A stretch of 64,000 bases of DNA. Origin: an uncultured virus (IMG/VR IMGVR_UViG_3300045953_000067). Its lineage: Duplodnaviria > Heunggongvirae > Uroviricota > Caudoviricetes. The stretch is from the IMG/VR virus record IMGVR_UViG_3300045953_000067. The stretch is one strand, 5' to 3'. This document shows positions 36,672-45,839 of the stretch, piece after piece. The translations under genes and the position numbers were made by a program. Under the pieces are notes generated by a model. That model made no database searches and was not told the DNA's origin. It worked only from the letters and a program-made list of their open reading frames with translations. The first letter of the stretch is position 1; each line of letters begins with the position of its first letter.

Positions 36672-38266
36672 CACCGGCAACTTGGATCGACCGAGCGATC
36701 GGCTACCTCTCGCCGCGCCGCGGGCTCCAGCGGATGCGCGCGCGAGTGGCAACCGATCTGCTTGCACGGCATTACGAAGCGGCCTCGACAGGACGGAGGA
36801 CGCAGGGCTGGCGCCGGACGTCGGGCGATGCCAATGCCGTGATGGGGTCGAGCCTTGCGTCGCTCCGGGATCATGCGCGGGACCTCGTGCGGAACAACCC
36901 GCACGCGAGCCGAGCCGTCGGGACGATCGCGAACCAGACCGTCGGCTGGGGGATCGTGGCGAAGCCATCGGAACCGAACCGCGCCGCGGCCGAGGCCTGG
37001 AAAGCCTGGGCGCTCACGACGGCGTGCGACGCGGACGGGCGTCATGACATCTACGGGCTCCAGAAGCTCGTCATGCGGTCGATCGCGGAGTCGGGCGAGG
37101 TGCTCGTCCGTCGTCGCTGGCGGCTCCCGGAGGACGGGCTCCCGCTCCCGATGCAGTTACAACTCCTCGAGCCGGACTACATCGACACGTCGAAGACGGG
37201 GATTAAGCTCCCGAACGGCGGCCGCATCATTCACGGCGTCGAGTTCGACGCGCTCGGGAAGCGGGTCGCCTATTGGCTCTTCCCGGAGCATCCCGGATCG
37301 GCGCTCTCGATGTTTGCCTCCGGCAGTCTCAGCGGGAGTTCGGTCCGGGTCAGGGCCGAGAACATCCTGCACGTGTTCCACCAGGATCGGATCGGTCAGG
37401 TGCGCGCGGCGTCCTGGCTCGCGCCGATCATTCTGACCCTGAAGGATCACGACGAGTATGCCGACGCGCAGTTGATGAAGCAGAAGATCGCGGCGTGTCT
37501 CGCGGTCCTGACCAGCGACGCGGACAGCGCAGGAACGGCGCTCGGAACGGTCGCCGATACGGACGCCTCGCCGCAGATCGACAGCCTCGAGCCGGGGATG
37601 ATCCTGAACGTTCCCGCGGGCCGGACGATCGAGGTCGTGCAGCCTCCGAGCGTGAACGAGTTCTCGGACTATTCGGAGGTCACGCTCCGGACGATCGCGG
37701 CCGGGATCGGCGTCACGTACGAAGACCTTACGGGCTGCTACACGGATCTCCCGTTCTCGGCGGCGCGCATGTCGCGGATGGCGCATCACGCGCGGGTCGA
37801 TGACTGGCGCTGGCGGACGCTGATCCCGCAGTTCTGCGATCCGGTGTGGGGCTGGGCGATGGAAGCGGCGGCGATCATGTCGCTCGTCAAGGGTGAGGCG
37901 CCAGGCGCGACGTGGACGCCTCCACCGGTTCCCTATATCGACCCGGAGAAGGAAGGGCTCGCGTTCCAGCGGAACATCCGCGGCGGGGCGCAGACGTGGT
38001 CGGAGTCGGTCCGCGAGCGCGGGTACGACCCGGATGAAGTCCTCGCCGAGATGGTGTCGGATAACACGAAGTTCGACGAGCTCGGGATCGTGCTCGACAG
38101 CGATCCACGGAAGACGAGCCAGGCCGGACTGACGCAGGCGCGGCCGAGCGGGACCGTGTACCCGCCGACGGGGGCGCCGCCGAAGACCGCGGCCGAGACG
38201 CCGCTCAGCGGGGCGACGCAGACGCCGAGCGCAAAGGAGACCGATGATGGCAGCGACGGCAATTGA
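36668..38266 (+). CDS. Portal protein, lambda family
   Basis: RDLVRNN, GEVLVR, QLLEPD, GVEFD, FSAAR, IDPEKE. Confidence 0.95.
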   Translation: MTPATWIDRAIGYLSPRRGLQRMRARVATDLLARHYEAASTGRRTQGWRRTSGDANAVMGSSLASLRDHARDLVRNNPHASRAVGTIANQTVGWGIVAKPSEPNRAAAEAWKAWALTTACDADGRHDIYGLQKLVMRSIAESGEVLVRRRWRLPEDGLPLPMQLQLLEPDYIDTSKTGIKLPNGGRIIHGVEFDALGKRVAYWLFPEHPGSALSMFASGSLSGSSVRVRAENILHVFHQDRIGQVRAASWLAPIILTLKDHDEYADAQLMKQKIAACLAVLTSDADSAGTALGTVADTDASPQIDSLEPGMILNVPAGRTIEVVQPPSVNEFSDYSEVTLRTIAAGIGVTYEDLTGCYTDLPFSAARMSRMAHHARVDDWRWRTLIPQFCDPVWGWAMEAAAIMSLVKGEAPGATWTPPPVPYIDPEKEGLAFQRNIRGGAQTWSESVRERGYDPDEVLAEMVSDNTKFDELGIVLDSDPRKTSQAGLTQARPSGTVYPPTGAPPKTAAETPLSGATQTPSAKETDDGSDGN

Positions 38267-38480
38267 GAACGCGGAGCGCGACCTGACGGTGCAGAACCGC
38301 GAGGCGAAGACCGCGAAGAAGGTCGGGCCGGACGCCGAGGAGCGGCTGCACGAGATCCGCCGGCGGATCAAGGCCGGGCTGAACGTGGTCGGGACCGACC
38401 CTCGACCGAAGGACGCGCCGATCTGCAAAGAGTGCTTCCAACGCGGATGGATGGCCGCGCTCCGGGCGCTCGAGGAGTAA
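38244..38480 (+). CDS. Hypothetical protein
   Basis: AAGGAG RBS; CxxC near C-terminus. Confidence 0.6.
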   Translation: MMAATAIENAERDLTVQNREAKTAKKVGPDAEERLHEIRRRIKAGLNVVGTDPRPKDAPICKECFQRGWMAALRALEE

Positions 38481-38734
38481 TGGACTTTCTCCGAGCCTCC
38501 GGCGTCGACCCGGAGATCGTTCCGGCGCATCTCCTCCCGACACGGCAGCGGGTCGTCCTCGAGGCGATCCACGAATATACCGCCGTGACGGGAGAGCCCT
38601 GCCCGGGGCGGTATCTAGCGCGGCGCCTCAACTTGCATTTGACTACGGTTCAAGATCACCTGATCACGCTCCATCGTAAGGGCTGGCTCCGTTCTCCGAA
38701 CGCTCCGGCCTTCCTCCGTCGCACGCTCCGCTGA
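38480..38734 (+). CDS. Stand-alone LexA-type wHTH protein
   Basis: RQRVVLEAI..TG.P..LARRLNL..TVQDHL..LHRKGWL. Confidence 0.75.
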   Translation: MDFLRASGVDPEIVPAHLLPTRQRVVLEAIHEYTAVTGEPCPGRYLARRLNLHLTTVQDHLITLHRKGWLRSPNAPAFLRRTLR

Positions 38735-38737
38735 CCC

Positions 38738-38805
38738 CCGTCACAATGACGGCCCGTCAAGTTGACGGGTTCACAACTCTCGCCGCAGGTTCGACCATGA
38801 ACCTG
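38738..38805 (+). promoter_or_regulatory. Two CCGTCA-N3-TGACGG palindromes plus TTCACA-17-GACCAT promoter
   Basis: Sites at 38738-38752 and 38754-38768; -10 lies 6 nt before capsid GTG. Confidence 0.65.
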
Positions 38806-40811
38806 TGAAGTCTCAGACTGTCGACGTCTCGCCGCTCTGCATCCGCGCTGATGTCGCGGCTGTGAGCGACGAGAACCGGACGGTCGAGCTAATTTTCAGC
38901 ACGGGCGCGGCGGTCGAGCGGTTCGACTGGTCGACCGGTCAGAGATACCTCGAAAAGCTCTCGCTGAAGGCCGAGCACATCAAGCTCGATCGCCTGAACA
39001 GTGGGGGCGCTCCGCTCCTTGATTCGCATTCGGCCTGGAGCCTCTCCGATCAGATCGGCGTCGTCGAGCCGGACAGTGTGCGCCTGACCGCGAAGGAAGC
39101 GCGCGCGACCGTGCGTTTCTCGAAGCGCGCCGAGGTCGAGCCGATCTGGCAGGACGTTCGCGACGGGATCATCAAGAACGTCTCGATCGGCTACCGGGTC
39201 TACAAGTTCGAAGAAGAGAAGGCCAGCGGCAACCGGCTCGCGGTACGGACCGCGGTGGAATGGGAGCCGTTCGAAGTCTCAATGGTCACGATGCCGGCCG
39301 ACGCCGGCGCACGCGTCAGATCCGGCGACAAGTCCAATACCAATAGCTGCGTGATCGTCACGCACCAGGAGACGAAGATGTCCGACGAAATCCGCTCCTC
39401 CGAAACCATCGTGGAGCAGAATCCTCTCATCCCGGCGACGCCCGCGACGACCCCGGCGCCGGAGCCGAACGAGCAGGACGCCGCGCGCGACGCCGAGCGA
39501 TCGCGTATTCAGGGCATCATCGCCGGCTGCCGTGCGGCGCGACTCCCGCAGTCCTACGCCGACCGGCTCATCGCCGACGGCGTGACCCTGGTCGACGCGC
39601 AGACGCGCATCCTCCAGGAGCTCGCGGCGCGCGGCAACCAGAACAACGGCCCGACGTCGACGCCGACGGGTTCGCGCGACCTCATCGTCGGCGAAGACCC
39701 GCTCGTGCATGTCCGGGCGGGCGTCGAGAACGCGCTCCTCCACCGGATGCATCCCTACGTCCCGGCCTCCGGGAAGCTCGCCGCGCGCGGCTTCCAGTTG
39801 ACCGAGGAAGGCCGCCAGTACCGCGGGATGACCCTGCTCGATGTCGCGAAGGCGTATCTCTCGGCGCGCGGGATCCGCGTCACCGGCCTGTCGAAGATCG
39901 ACGTCGCCGGCGTCGCGCTCGGTCTGCGCGGCGGCCACCACACGACCTCGGACTTCGCGAACCTCCTCGCCGATCTGCCGAACAAGATCCTCCGTCAGGC
40001 CTACCTCGAGGCGCCGCAGACGTTCGGCCCGATCGTCCGCATGATGACCCTCGCGGACTTCAAGAAGTCGCGCCTCCTGCAGCTCGGCGAAGCGCCCGCG
40101 CTCCTCGAGGTCGGCGAGCACGGCGAGTACACCGACGGGACCATCGGCGAGAGCAAGGAAGAGATCCAGCTCAAGACCTACGGCCGGAAGTTCTCGATCA
40201 CGCGTCAGGCGCTCGTGAACGACGACACGGATGCTTTCTCGCGCGTCCCGATGGCGTTCGGCCGCCAGGCGCGGAACAAGGAAAGCGATCTGGTCTGGAC
40301 CGAGATCACGGCCAACGCGGCGATGGGCGACGGCGTGACGCTGTTCCATTCGACGCACGCGAACCTCTCGGGCACGTCGGACGCGATCGCGGTCGCCTCG
40401 ATCGGTGCCGGCCGGACGGCGATGCGCCGGCAGACCGGGATCGACGCCGTGACGCTGATGAACCTCGAGCCGAAGACGCTCATCGTCCCGGCGACGAAGG
40501 AAACGCTCGCGGATCAGTTCGTGAGCACGGCGCTCCTCGCGAGCCAGTCGAGCAACGTGAACCCGTTCGGCGGGAAGCTGGCGGTCGTCGCCGAGCCGCG
40601 CCTCGACGTGAACAGCACGGTCTCTTGGTATCTGGCGGCGTCGCCGGATCAGATCGACATCATCGTGCTCGCGACGCTCGAGGGTGAGAGCGGACCGCGC
40701 GTCGACAGCCGGATCGGCTTCGATGTCGACGGCGTGGAAATCAAGATCAGCCACGACATCGCGGCGAAGGTCGTCGACTTCCGCGGTCTCTGGAAGAACC
40801 CCGGCGCGTAA
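38805..40811 (+). CDS. Prohead protease-major capsid protein fusion
   Basis: PLLDSH, VSIGY, EVSMV.MPAD protease motifs; TTSDF, TYGR..ITRQALVNDD capsid motifs. Confidence 0.93.
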   Translation: MKSQTVDVSPLCIRADVAAVSDENRTVELIFSTGAAVERFDWSTGQRYLEKLSLKAEHIKLDRLNSGGAPLLDSHSAWSLSDQIGVVEPDSVRLTAKEARATVRFSKRAEVEPIWQDVRDGIIKNVSIGYRVYKFEEEKASGNRLAVRTAVEWEPFEVSMVTMPADAGARVRSGDKSNTNSCVIVTHQETKMSDEIRSSETIVEQNPLIPATPATTPAPEPNEQDAARDAERSRIQGIIAGCRAARLPQSYADRLIADGVTLVDAQTRILQELAARGNQNNGPTSTPTGSRDLIVGEDPLVHVRAGVENALLHRMHPYVPASGKLAARGFQLTEEGRQYRGMTLLDVAKAYLSARGIRVTGLSKIDVAGVALGLRGGHHTTSDFANLLADLPNKILRQAYLEAPQTFGPIVRMMTLADFKKSRLLQLGEAPALLEVGEHGEYTDGTIGESKEEIQLKTYGRKFSITRQALVNDDTDAFSRVPMAFGRQARNKESDLVWTEITANAAMGDGVTLFHSTHANLSGTSDAIAVASIGAGRTAMRRQTGIDAVTLMNLEPKTLIVPATKETLADQFVSTALLASQSSNVNPFGGKLAVVAEPRLDVNSTVSWYLAASPDQIDIIVLATLEGESGPRVDSRIGFDVDGVEIKISHDIAAKVVDFRGLWKNPGA

Positions 40812-40845
40812 GCGGCGGCGAGGTCGGCAGCACAGGGAGACAGAC

Positions 40846-41190
40846 ATGAAGACCTTCGTCCAGGACAGTCACCAGTTGACGTTGACGCCGACGGCGGACG
40901 TCAACAGCGGGATCGGGTTTCTCTTCGGCGCTGGGCTCTTCGGCGTCGCCGTCACGGATGCGAAGAACGGCATCGCGTCGGCCTTCAGGATCGAGGGCAT
41001 CGTGACGATCGCGAAGACCTCGGCGCTCGCGATCTCGGTCGGGGATCGGCTGTTCTGGGATCCAGGCAACAAGGTCGTGAACAAGACCTCCGCGGGTCAG
41101 CAGCAGGTCGGCGTCGCGGTCGAAGCGGCAGGCAACCCGAGCCCGACGGTCAAGATGAAGATCGGCGGCTATCTGCCGGTCGCCACGTAA
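40846..41190 (+). CDS. DUF2190-family capsid cement/decoration protein 1
   Basis: MKTFVQ..GD.L.WD..GVAV. Confidence 0.85.
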   Translation: MKTFVQDSHQLTLTPTADVNSGIGFLFGAGLFGVAVTDAKNGIASAFRIEGIVTIAKTSALAISVGDRLFWDPGNKVVNKTSAGQQQVGVAVEAAGNPSPTVKMKIGGYLPVAT

Positions 41191-41217
41191 CAGCATTCGC
41201 ATCGTCTCAGAGGCGAC

Positions 41218-41928
41218 ATGAAGAATTACGTACAGCCCGGAGAAAACCTCGACCTGACCGCGCCCGCTGGCGGGGTGACGAGCGGCGTCGGCGTGCTCAT
41301 CGGCCGGATCTTCTCGATCGCGACGGCGACGGTCTCGGCGACGTTCGCGTTCGTCGGGAGCGTCTGGGGTGTCGCGTCCGTCGCGAAGACGAGCGCGCAG
41401 GCGTGGGTCGCCGGCGAGCCGATCTATTGGGACAACGCGAACGCGCGCGCCGACAACGTCGTGACGGCGGGCTTCCGCCGGATCGGCGTGGCGGTCGCGA
41501 GCGCGGCGAACCCGTCCTCGACCGGGAAGGTGCGGCTCGACGGGGCGATCGGTCCGATCCAGGGCGAGCAGCTCCCGGCGCAGACGTCGATCACGACCGC
41601 GGGCAACGTGACGTACACCGCGGCGCAGATCCTTGGCGGGATCATCAACCGCGATCCGAACGGCGGCTCACGGTCCGACACGCTCCCGACGGCGGCGCTC
41701 CTGGTCGCGGCGATTCCTGGCGCGAAGGTCGGCGACATTGTGCGCTGCCTCATCGTGAACGGCGCGGACGCGGCCGAGGTGATCACGGTCCTCGCCGGAT
41801 CTGGTGGCACCTACGACGCGGCGCAGACGGCGGCGTCGCAGATCATCGGCCAGAACAACTCGAAGACGCTCACGCTCCGGCTGACGAACGTCACGGCGTC
41901 GTCCGAGGCGTACACGATTCACCTGTAA
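41218..41928 (+). CDS. DUF2190-family protein 2 with C-terminal extension
   Basis: MKNYVQPG..IYWD..V.L plus extra ~120-aa domain. Confidence 0.85.
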   Translation: MKNYVQPGENLDLTAPAGGVTSGVGVLIGRIFSIATATVSATFAFVGSVWGVASVAKTSAQAWVAGEPIYWDNANARADNVVTAGFRRIGVAVASAANPSSTGKVRLDGAIGPIQGEQLPAQTSITTAGNVTYTAAQILGGIINRDPNGGSRSDTLPTAALLVAAIPGAKVGDIVRCLIVNGADAAEVITVLAGSGGTYDAAQTAASQIIGQNNSKTLTLRLTNVTASSEAYTIHL

Positions 41929-41952
41929 GTCGAGCGTCGAGGCGCTCTCGAA

Positions 41953-42291
41953 ATGAACCTGTGGCCCTTGCGCGAATTGGTTCTCGACTTGAACCTCCTC
42001 GCGCATGGGGTCGCGGCGATCGTGACGCGGCCGGCTCCGAACAATACCCCCATCAACACCACCGGGATCTGGGGTCTGCCGCTCGAGGAGGGTCCGCCCT
42101 ACGGGGCGGCGATCAAGCGGCGGGAGCCGAGACGTGTGTTCTACATCCCGCGCGAGGACGTGCCGACGCTGCCGAACGGAACGACGGTGCAGGCGCCTGA
42201 GAGCACGGGCGGGACGCCGGTGAACTGGAAGGTCGACGGGTATCTCGAAGCGGTCCGGCCGGGGTTCTGGTCGGCGCTCCTGGTGCAGTGA
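41953..42291 (+). CDS. Head-tail joining protein (gpFII-like)
   Basis: Size and position. Confidence 0.65.
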   Translation: MNLWPLRELVLDLNLLAHGVAAIVTRPAPNNTPINTTGIWGLPLEEGPPYGAAIKRREPRRVFYIPREDVPTLPNGTTVQAPESTGGTPVNWKVDGYLEAVRPGFWSALLVQ

Positions 42292-42863
42292 TGGAGATCG
42301 TGATCAGCGGCGACGAGGCGCTCGAGGTCGACTTCAAGGAGAAGCCGCAGGAGGTCTCTCGTGCGCTGGTGCGTGCGCTGAACCGCGGGATCAATGCCGG
42401 CCGGACGTTCATGGTGCAGAACATCGCGAAGGATACCGGCCTGAAGTCGGGCGACGTCCGCGAGGCGATGCGGATGAAGGAGGCGACGCTCTCGAACCCG
42501 ACGGCGACGCTCGGGACGTCGCTCAAGCGGATCCCGCTGATCAAGTTCGGCGCGAAGCAGACACGGCGCGGCGTCAGTTACAACCTCGGCGGCCGGAAGG
42601 TCATCCCGGGATCGTTCCTCGCGACGATGGGCAGTGGGCACCAGGGCGTCTTCACGCGCAAGCCCGGGCCTGGTCGGCGCGGGCCGCGGCCGATGCGGTC
42701 GCAGTTGCCGATCGTCGAGCTCTTCGGGCCGTCGCTCGGGCACGTGTTCGCGAAGTTCCGGGCGGGTGGTCTGCAACGGGCGCAACAGGTCTTCGTCGAG
42801 CGGTTCGACTCCGAGCTGAAGTTCGCATCGGGTGCGGCGGGCGGGGGCGATGCCTCCGGCTGA
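42288..42863 (+). CDS. Tail completion protein (gpZ-like)
   Basis: RALNR..GSF..GVF.R..LPI.ELFGPS. Confidence 0.8.
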   Translation: MMEIVISGDEALEVDFKEKPQEVSRALVRALNRGINAGRTFMVQNIAKDTGLKSGDVREAMRMKEATLSNPTATLGTSLKRIPLIKFGAKQTRRGVSYNLGGRKVIPGSFLATMGSGHQGVFTRKPGPGRRGPRPMRSQLPIVELFGPSLGHVFAKFRAGGLQRAQQVFVERFDSELKFASGAAGGGDASG

Positions 42864-43341
42864 CCCGATTGAATACCGGATCCTGATCAACCTGCAAGAC
42901 GCCTTACAGACGATCACGGCCGGAGCGAATTACCACTACACGGTCACGTCGACGGCCGTGAAGCTGGATCCGAACTCGGATGTCGACGCGCTCATTGCGC
43001 CTGGCGGGACACGGCCGTTCGTGATCATCCAGGCGCTCGCGGAAACGTGGGAGTACCCGGAGAAGCCGAACGGATGCCGGATCGTGCTGCCGTTCCGGAT
43101 CGTCTGGGTGCATGAGTCAGACATCACGGTCGACGAGCGCGGGGTGCAGACGTACTTCAAGGGGATCGCGGACGTCGAGCGGGCGATCGCGCAAGACCCC
43201 GGACGAAACGGGCTGGCGGTCGACACCTTGATTCGACAGCGGCAACGGTTCGAAGACGAGCAGCAACCGGGATCGCAGGTCGTCGCGATCGTGGATGTGA
43301 TGATTCCGGTCCGCCGGACCTACGGACTGCCGAACGGATAG
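42850..43341 (+). CDS. Tail terminator-like protein
   Basis: Position before tail tube. Confidence 0.65.
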   Translation: MPPADPIEYRILINLQDALQTITAGANYHYTVTSTAVKLDPNSDVDALIAPGGTRPFVIIQALAETWEYPEKPNGCRIVLPFRIVWVHESDITVDERGVQTYFKGIADVERAIAQDPGRNGLAVDTLIRQRQRFEDEQQPGSQVVAIVDVMIPVRRTYGLPNG

Positions 43342-43352
43342 AGGGCGAGGAC

Positions 43353-43571
43353 ATGAAGGAACCGGCGATCTGTCAGCTCTCGGAAGTGATGGTGCGGACG
43401 ACGACGAAAGGCCTCGCCATTGTGGCCGGCCAGACGGTCGACCTCGCGCTGGAGCTCGCGCCTGGGTTCACGCTGCGCGAGGCGCTCGGCAAGTACGTCG
43501 CGGGGTTCGTGCCGGTGGGGAAAGACGTGAAGGCATCCAGACGGCCGACGCCGGCTGTCGCTGAGGAGTAG
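43353..43571 (+). CDS. Small hypothetical protein
   Basis: RBS, position. Confidence 0.55.
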   Translation: MKEPAICQLSEVMVRTTTKGLAIVAGQTVDLALELAPGFTLREALGKYVAGFVPVGKDVKASRRPTPAVAEE

Positions 43572-43573
43572 AC

Positions 43574-44740
43574 ATGGCGGTTCAACTCGGTCGACAGGGG
43601 CAGCTCTACGTTGTTCCCGAAATCACGCAGGGCACGATCCCGGCGTTCGCTTCGGCCGATGCCGTGCGGCACATCAACTTCGGGATCACGTACGACCCGA
43701 AACAGCGACGCCATTCGCCGGAGAAGACCATCGGCCCGGGCCGGAACGTCCGGTTCGACAGCCGCGAGATCGCGGCGTGGAACCTCGAGTGCCTGATCCG
43801 GCCGAGTGGCGTGATCAACACGCTCCCGGAAGCGTCCGAAATCTTCGAGGCGGCCTTCGGCGCGAAGAGTAACGTCGTCCTGTCGACGACGGTCGCGTCG
43901 GGCGGAACGGTCAACGGCTGCACGCTGACGAGCGGTGCCGGCCTCGTCGCCGATCAGTCGGCGCTCCTGATCACCTGTCCGGACGGGAAGAAGCGCGTCC
44001 GGGTGGTCGACACGGTCGCCGGCGCGGTCGTGACGTGGACGCCCGCGCTCCCGGTCAGCCAGCAGCCGAGCAACGGCGCCGCGGTCAAGTCCTGCCTGAC
44101 CTACTACCCGACGACGGTCCTGACGGCGACGCTCTCGATCGCCCACTACCTCAAGAAGATCGACCTCTCGGCCGGGCTGTCGCGCGTGATCAATATGGCG
44201 ATGGTCGAGAAGTTCGCCTTCATGGCGGATGCGAACGAAGAGCCACGGTTCACGGCCAGCGGCCCGGGGCAGCGGCTCGGGACCGCGGCGGCGCAGCCGG
44301 GGTCGTTCACGACGGTCGGCGGCAACCCGCCGAACGGGACCGTCGGCGAGATCGCGATCGGGGCGACGGCGCTCGCGCCGAAGTTCCTGAAGCTTGCGAT
44401 CGAGATGTCGAACGGTACCCGCCTCCGCAATGAGAGCTACGGCTTCTCGGCGCCGGAAGAAGGCTATCGGTCCGCCCGCCGTGATTGCACGGTCGCGCTC
44501 GACATGCGAGCGGAAGATCAAACGCAGTTGTACGACCTGGCGATCGCCGGGACGAACGTGCAGCTCGGGCAACAGACGGGCTTCACGGAAGGGAACATCG
44601 TGTACGTGCACTGCCCGAACGTGGAATTCAAAGTGCCGGACACGGACGACCCTGACGAAGAGGTCAACTGGCCGTTCAAGGGGATCGCGCTGGAGTCGGC
44701 GATCGGCCTGAATGACGAGTTTCGTCTCTGTTTGGCGTAG
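43574..44740 (+). CDS. Major tail tube protein
   Basis: Position; tube-like pattern; no sheath gene present. Confidence 0.8.
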   Translation: MAVQLGRQGQLYVVPEITQGTIPAFASADAVRHINFGITYDPKQRRHSPEKTIGPGRNVRFDSREIAAWNLECLIRPSGVINTLPEASEIFEAAFGAKSNVVLSTTVASGGTVNGCTLTSGAGLVADQSALLITCPDGKKRVRVVDTVAGAVVTWTPALPVSQQPSNGAAVKSCLTYYPTTVLTATLSIAHYLKKIDLSAGLSRVINMAMVEKFAFMADANEEPRFTASGPGQRLGTAAAQPGSFTTVGGNPPNGTVGEIAIGATALAPKFLKLAIEMSNGTRLRNESYGFSAPEEGYRSARRDCTVALDMRAEDQTQLYDLAIAGTNVQLGQQTGFTEGNIVYVHCPNVEFKVPDTDDPDEEVNWPFKGIALESAIGLNDEFRLCLA

Positions 44741-44865
44741 GTTTCTCTCGGGTCTCTCGGCGCTCGTCGCCGGCCTCCTCGTACTCTCCATGAGAACGAA
44801 GGCCGGCGCCCTCCTCGGGCGCTTCCTGGTGCGTGCGTGGCTCGTTCACTCAACCCAGGAGGCGT

Positions 44866-45555
44866 ATGTCTGCAAAGCTCTCAATTCAGCCCTATCACCC
44901 GGCGCACGTGCTCATCGAGACGGCCTTCGTGCGGATCCGCGTCGCGCGGTTCACGCTCGAGCAATTCAAGGTGTTCAAGCGCGAGTTCGACCAGATCAAC
45001 AGCGAAGCCCATAAGCGGGCGCTCCTCATCAGGACGCCGGGCGACGAGGAGCAGGTCGGCGACGACGGGAAGACGTTCGTCATCCCGGACGCCGAGATCA
45101 TGCGGCGCCGGCTGGCAGAACTCGCGCCGGATGCGCGCCTCGCGTTCGACAAAGCCGAGCAGGCCGCAGAGGACTTCGCCGAGGGCTTCATTCGGCGGTC
45201 GCTGACCGACTACGTCACGGTCGAAGAGGGCGAGATCGAGATCACGGAGAACGGCGTCGCGCGCTGGCTCACGAAGGGCGCTGAGCTCGTCGAGTTCTTC
45301 GGCGCCCGGCAGGAGGTCTTGCGGAACGTGCTCGCCGAGGTCTACCTGCAAAACACGGCGAGCGACGCCCTAAAAAACGTCTGGCGGTCGCAGCTCGATT
45401 CCGGCGATTCCTCGCTCGAGCGCGACCCGGAAGCCAATGGAGCGAGACCGGAGCCTCCTGCCGAAAGTGTCAAGAGCGAGGGCTCTGCCGGCAGAGAAGC
45501 TGCGACGGCGTCGAACGGGGCGATCTCGTCTGGGTCGACGGCGACCTTGCACTGA
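44866..45555 (+). CDS. Tail assembly chaperone (G-like)
   Basis: AGGAGG RBS; between tube and TMP. Confidence 0.75.
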   Translation: MSAKLSIQPYHPAHVLIETAFVRIRVARFTLEQFKVFKREFDQINSEAHKRALLIRTPGDEEQVGDDGKTFVIPDAEIMRRRLAELAPDARLAFDKAEQAAEDFAEGFIRRSLTDYVTVEEGEIEITENGVARWLTKGAELVEFFGARQEVLRNVLAEVYLQNTASDALKNVWRSQLDSGDSSLERDPEANGARPEPPAESVKSEGSAGREAATASNGAISSGSTATLH

Positions 45556-45839
45556 CGACCTGCCCGGTACGGGTGTTGACCGGCGAGGTGCTCGAGGCCT
45601 TCGAGTGGTTCGAGTGGACGCACGAGATCACGGTGAGCGGGTTCGGGGCGGCCTGGTGGTCGCTGGTGCGGTTGCCCGGTGAGGGGTCGATCGGGGCGCA
45701 GGACGCGCGGCTGATGGCGACGCTCGAGGCCGTTCGGGAGATCGAGAACGGTCTCCTCCGGGAGAAGTCGACGAAGGGCGACCCGGACGCCGAGCGAGAA
45801 GCCTGGCACGAGGAAGTGAAGAACCGAGACCGAGGATAG
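45372..45839 (+). CDS. -1 frameshift extension (GT-like chaperone)
   Basis: A AAA AAC slippery heptamer in frame; -1 frame open to 45839. Confidence 0.8.
   Translation, partial: KKRLAVAARFRRFLARARPGSQWSETGASCRKCQERGLCRQRSCDGVERGDLVWVDGDLALTTCPVRVLTGEVLEAFEWFEWTHEITVSGFGAAWWSLVRLPGEGSIGAQDARLMATLEAVREIENGLLREKSTKGDPDAEREAWHEEVKNRDRG

Noticed and set aside
33899..40847. Long antisense and alternate-frame ORFs of 300-500 aa
   Set aside because: Arg/Pro-rich shadows of GC-rich coding genes, with no motifs or RBS.
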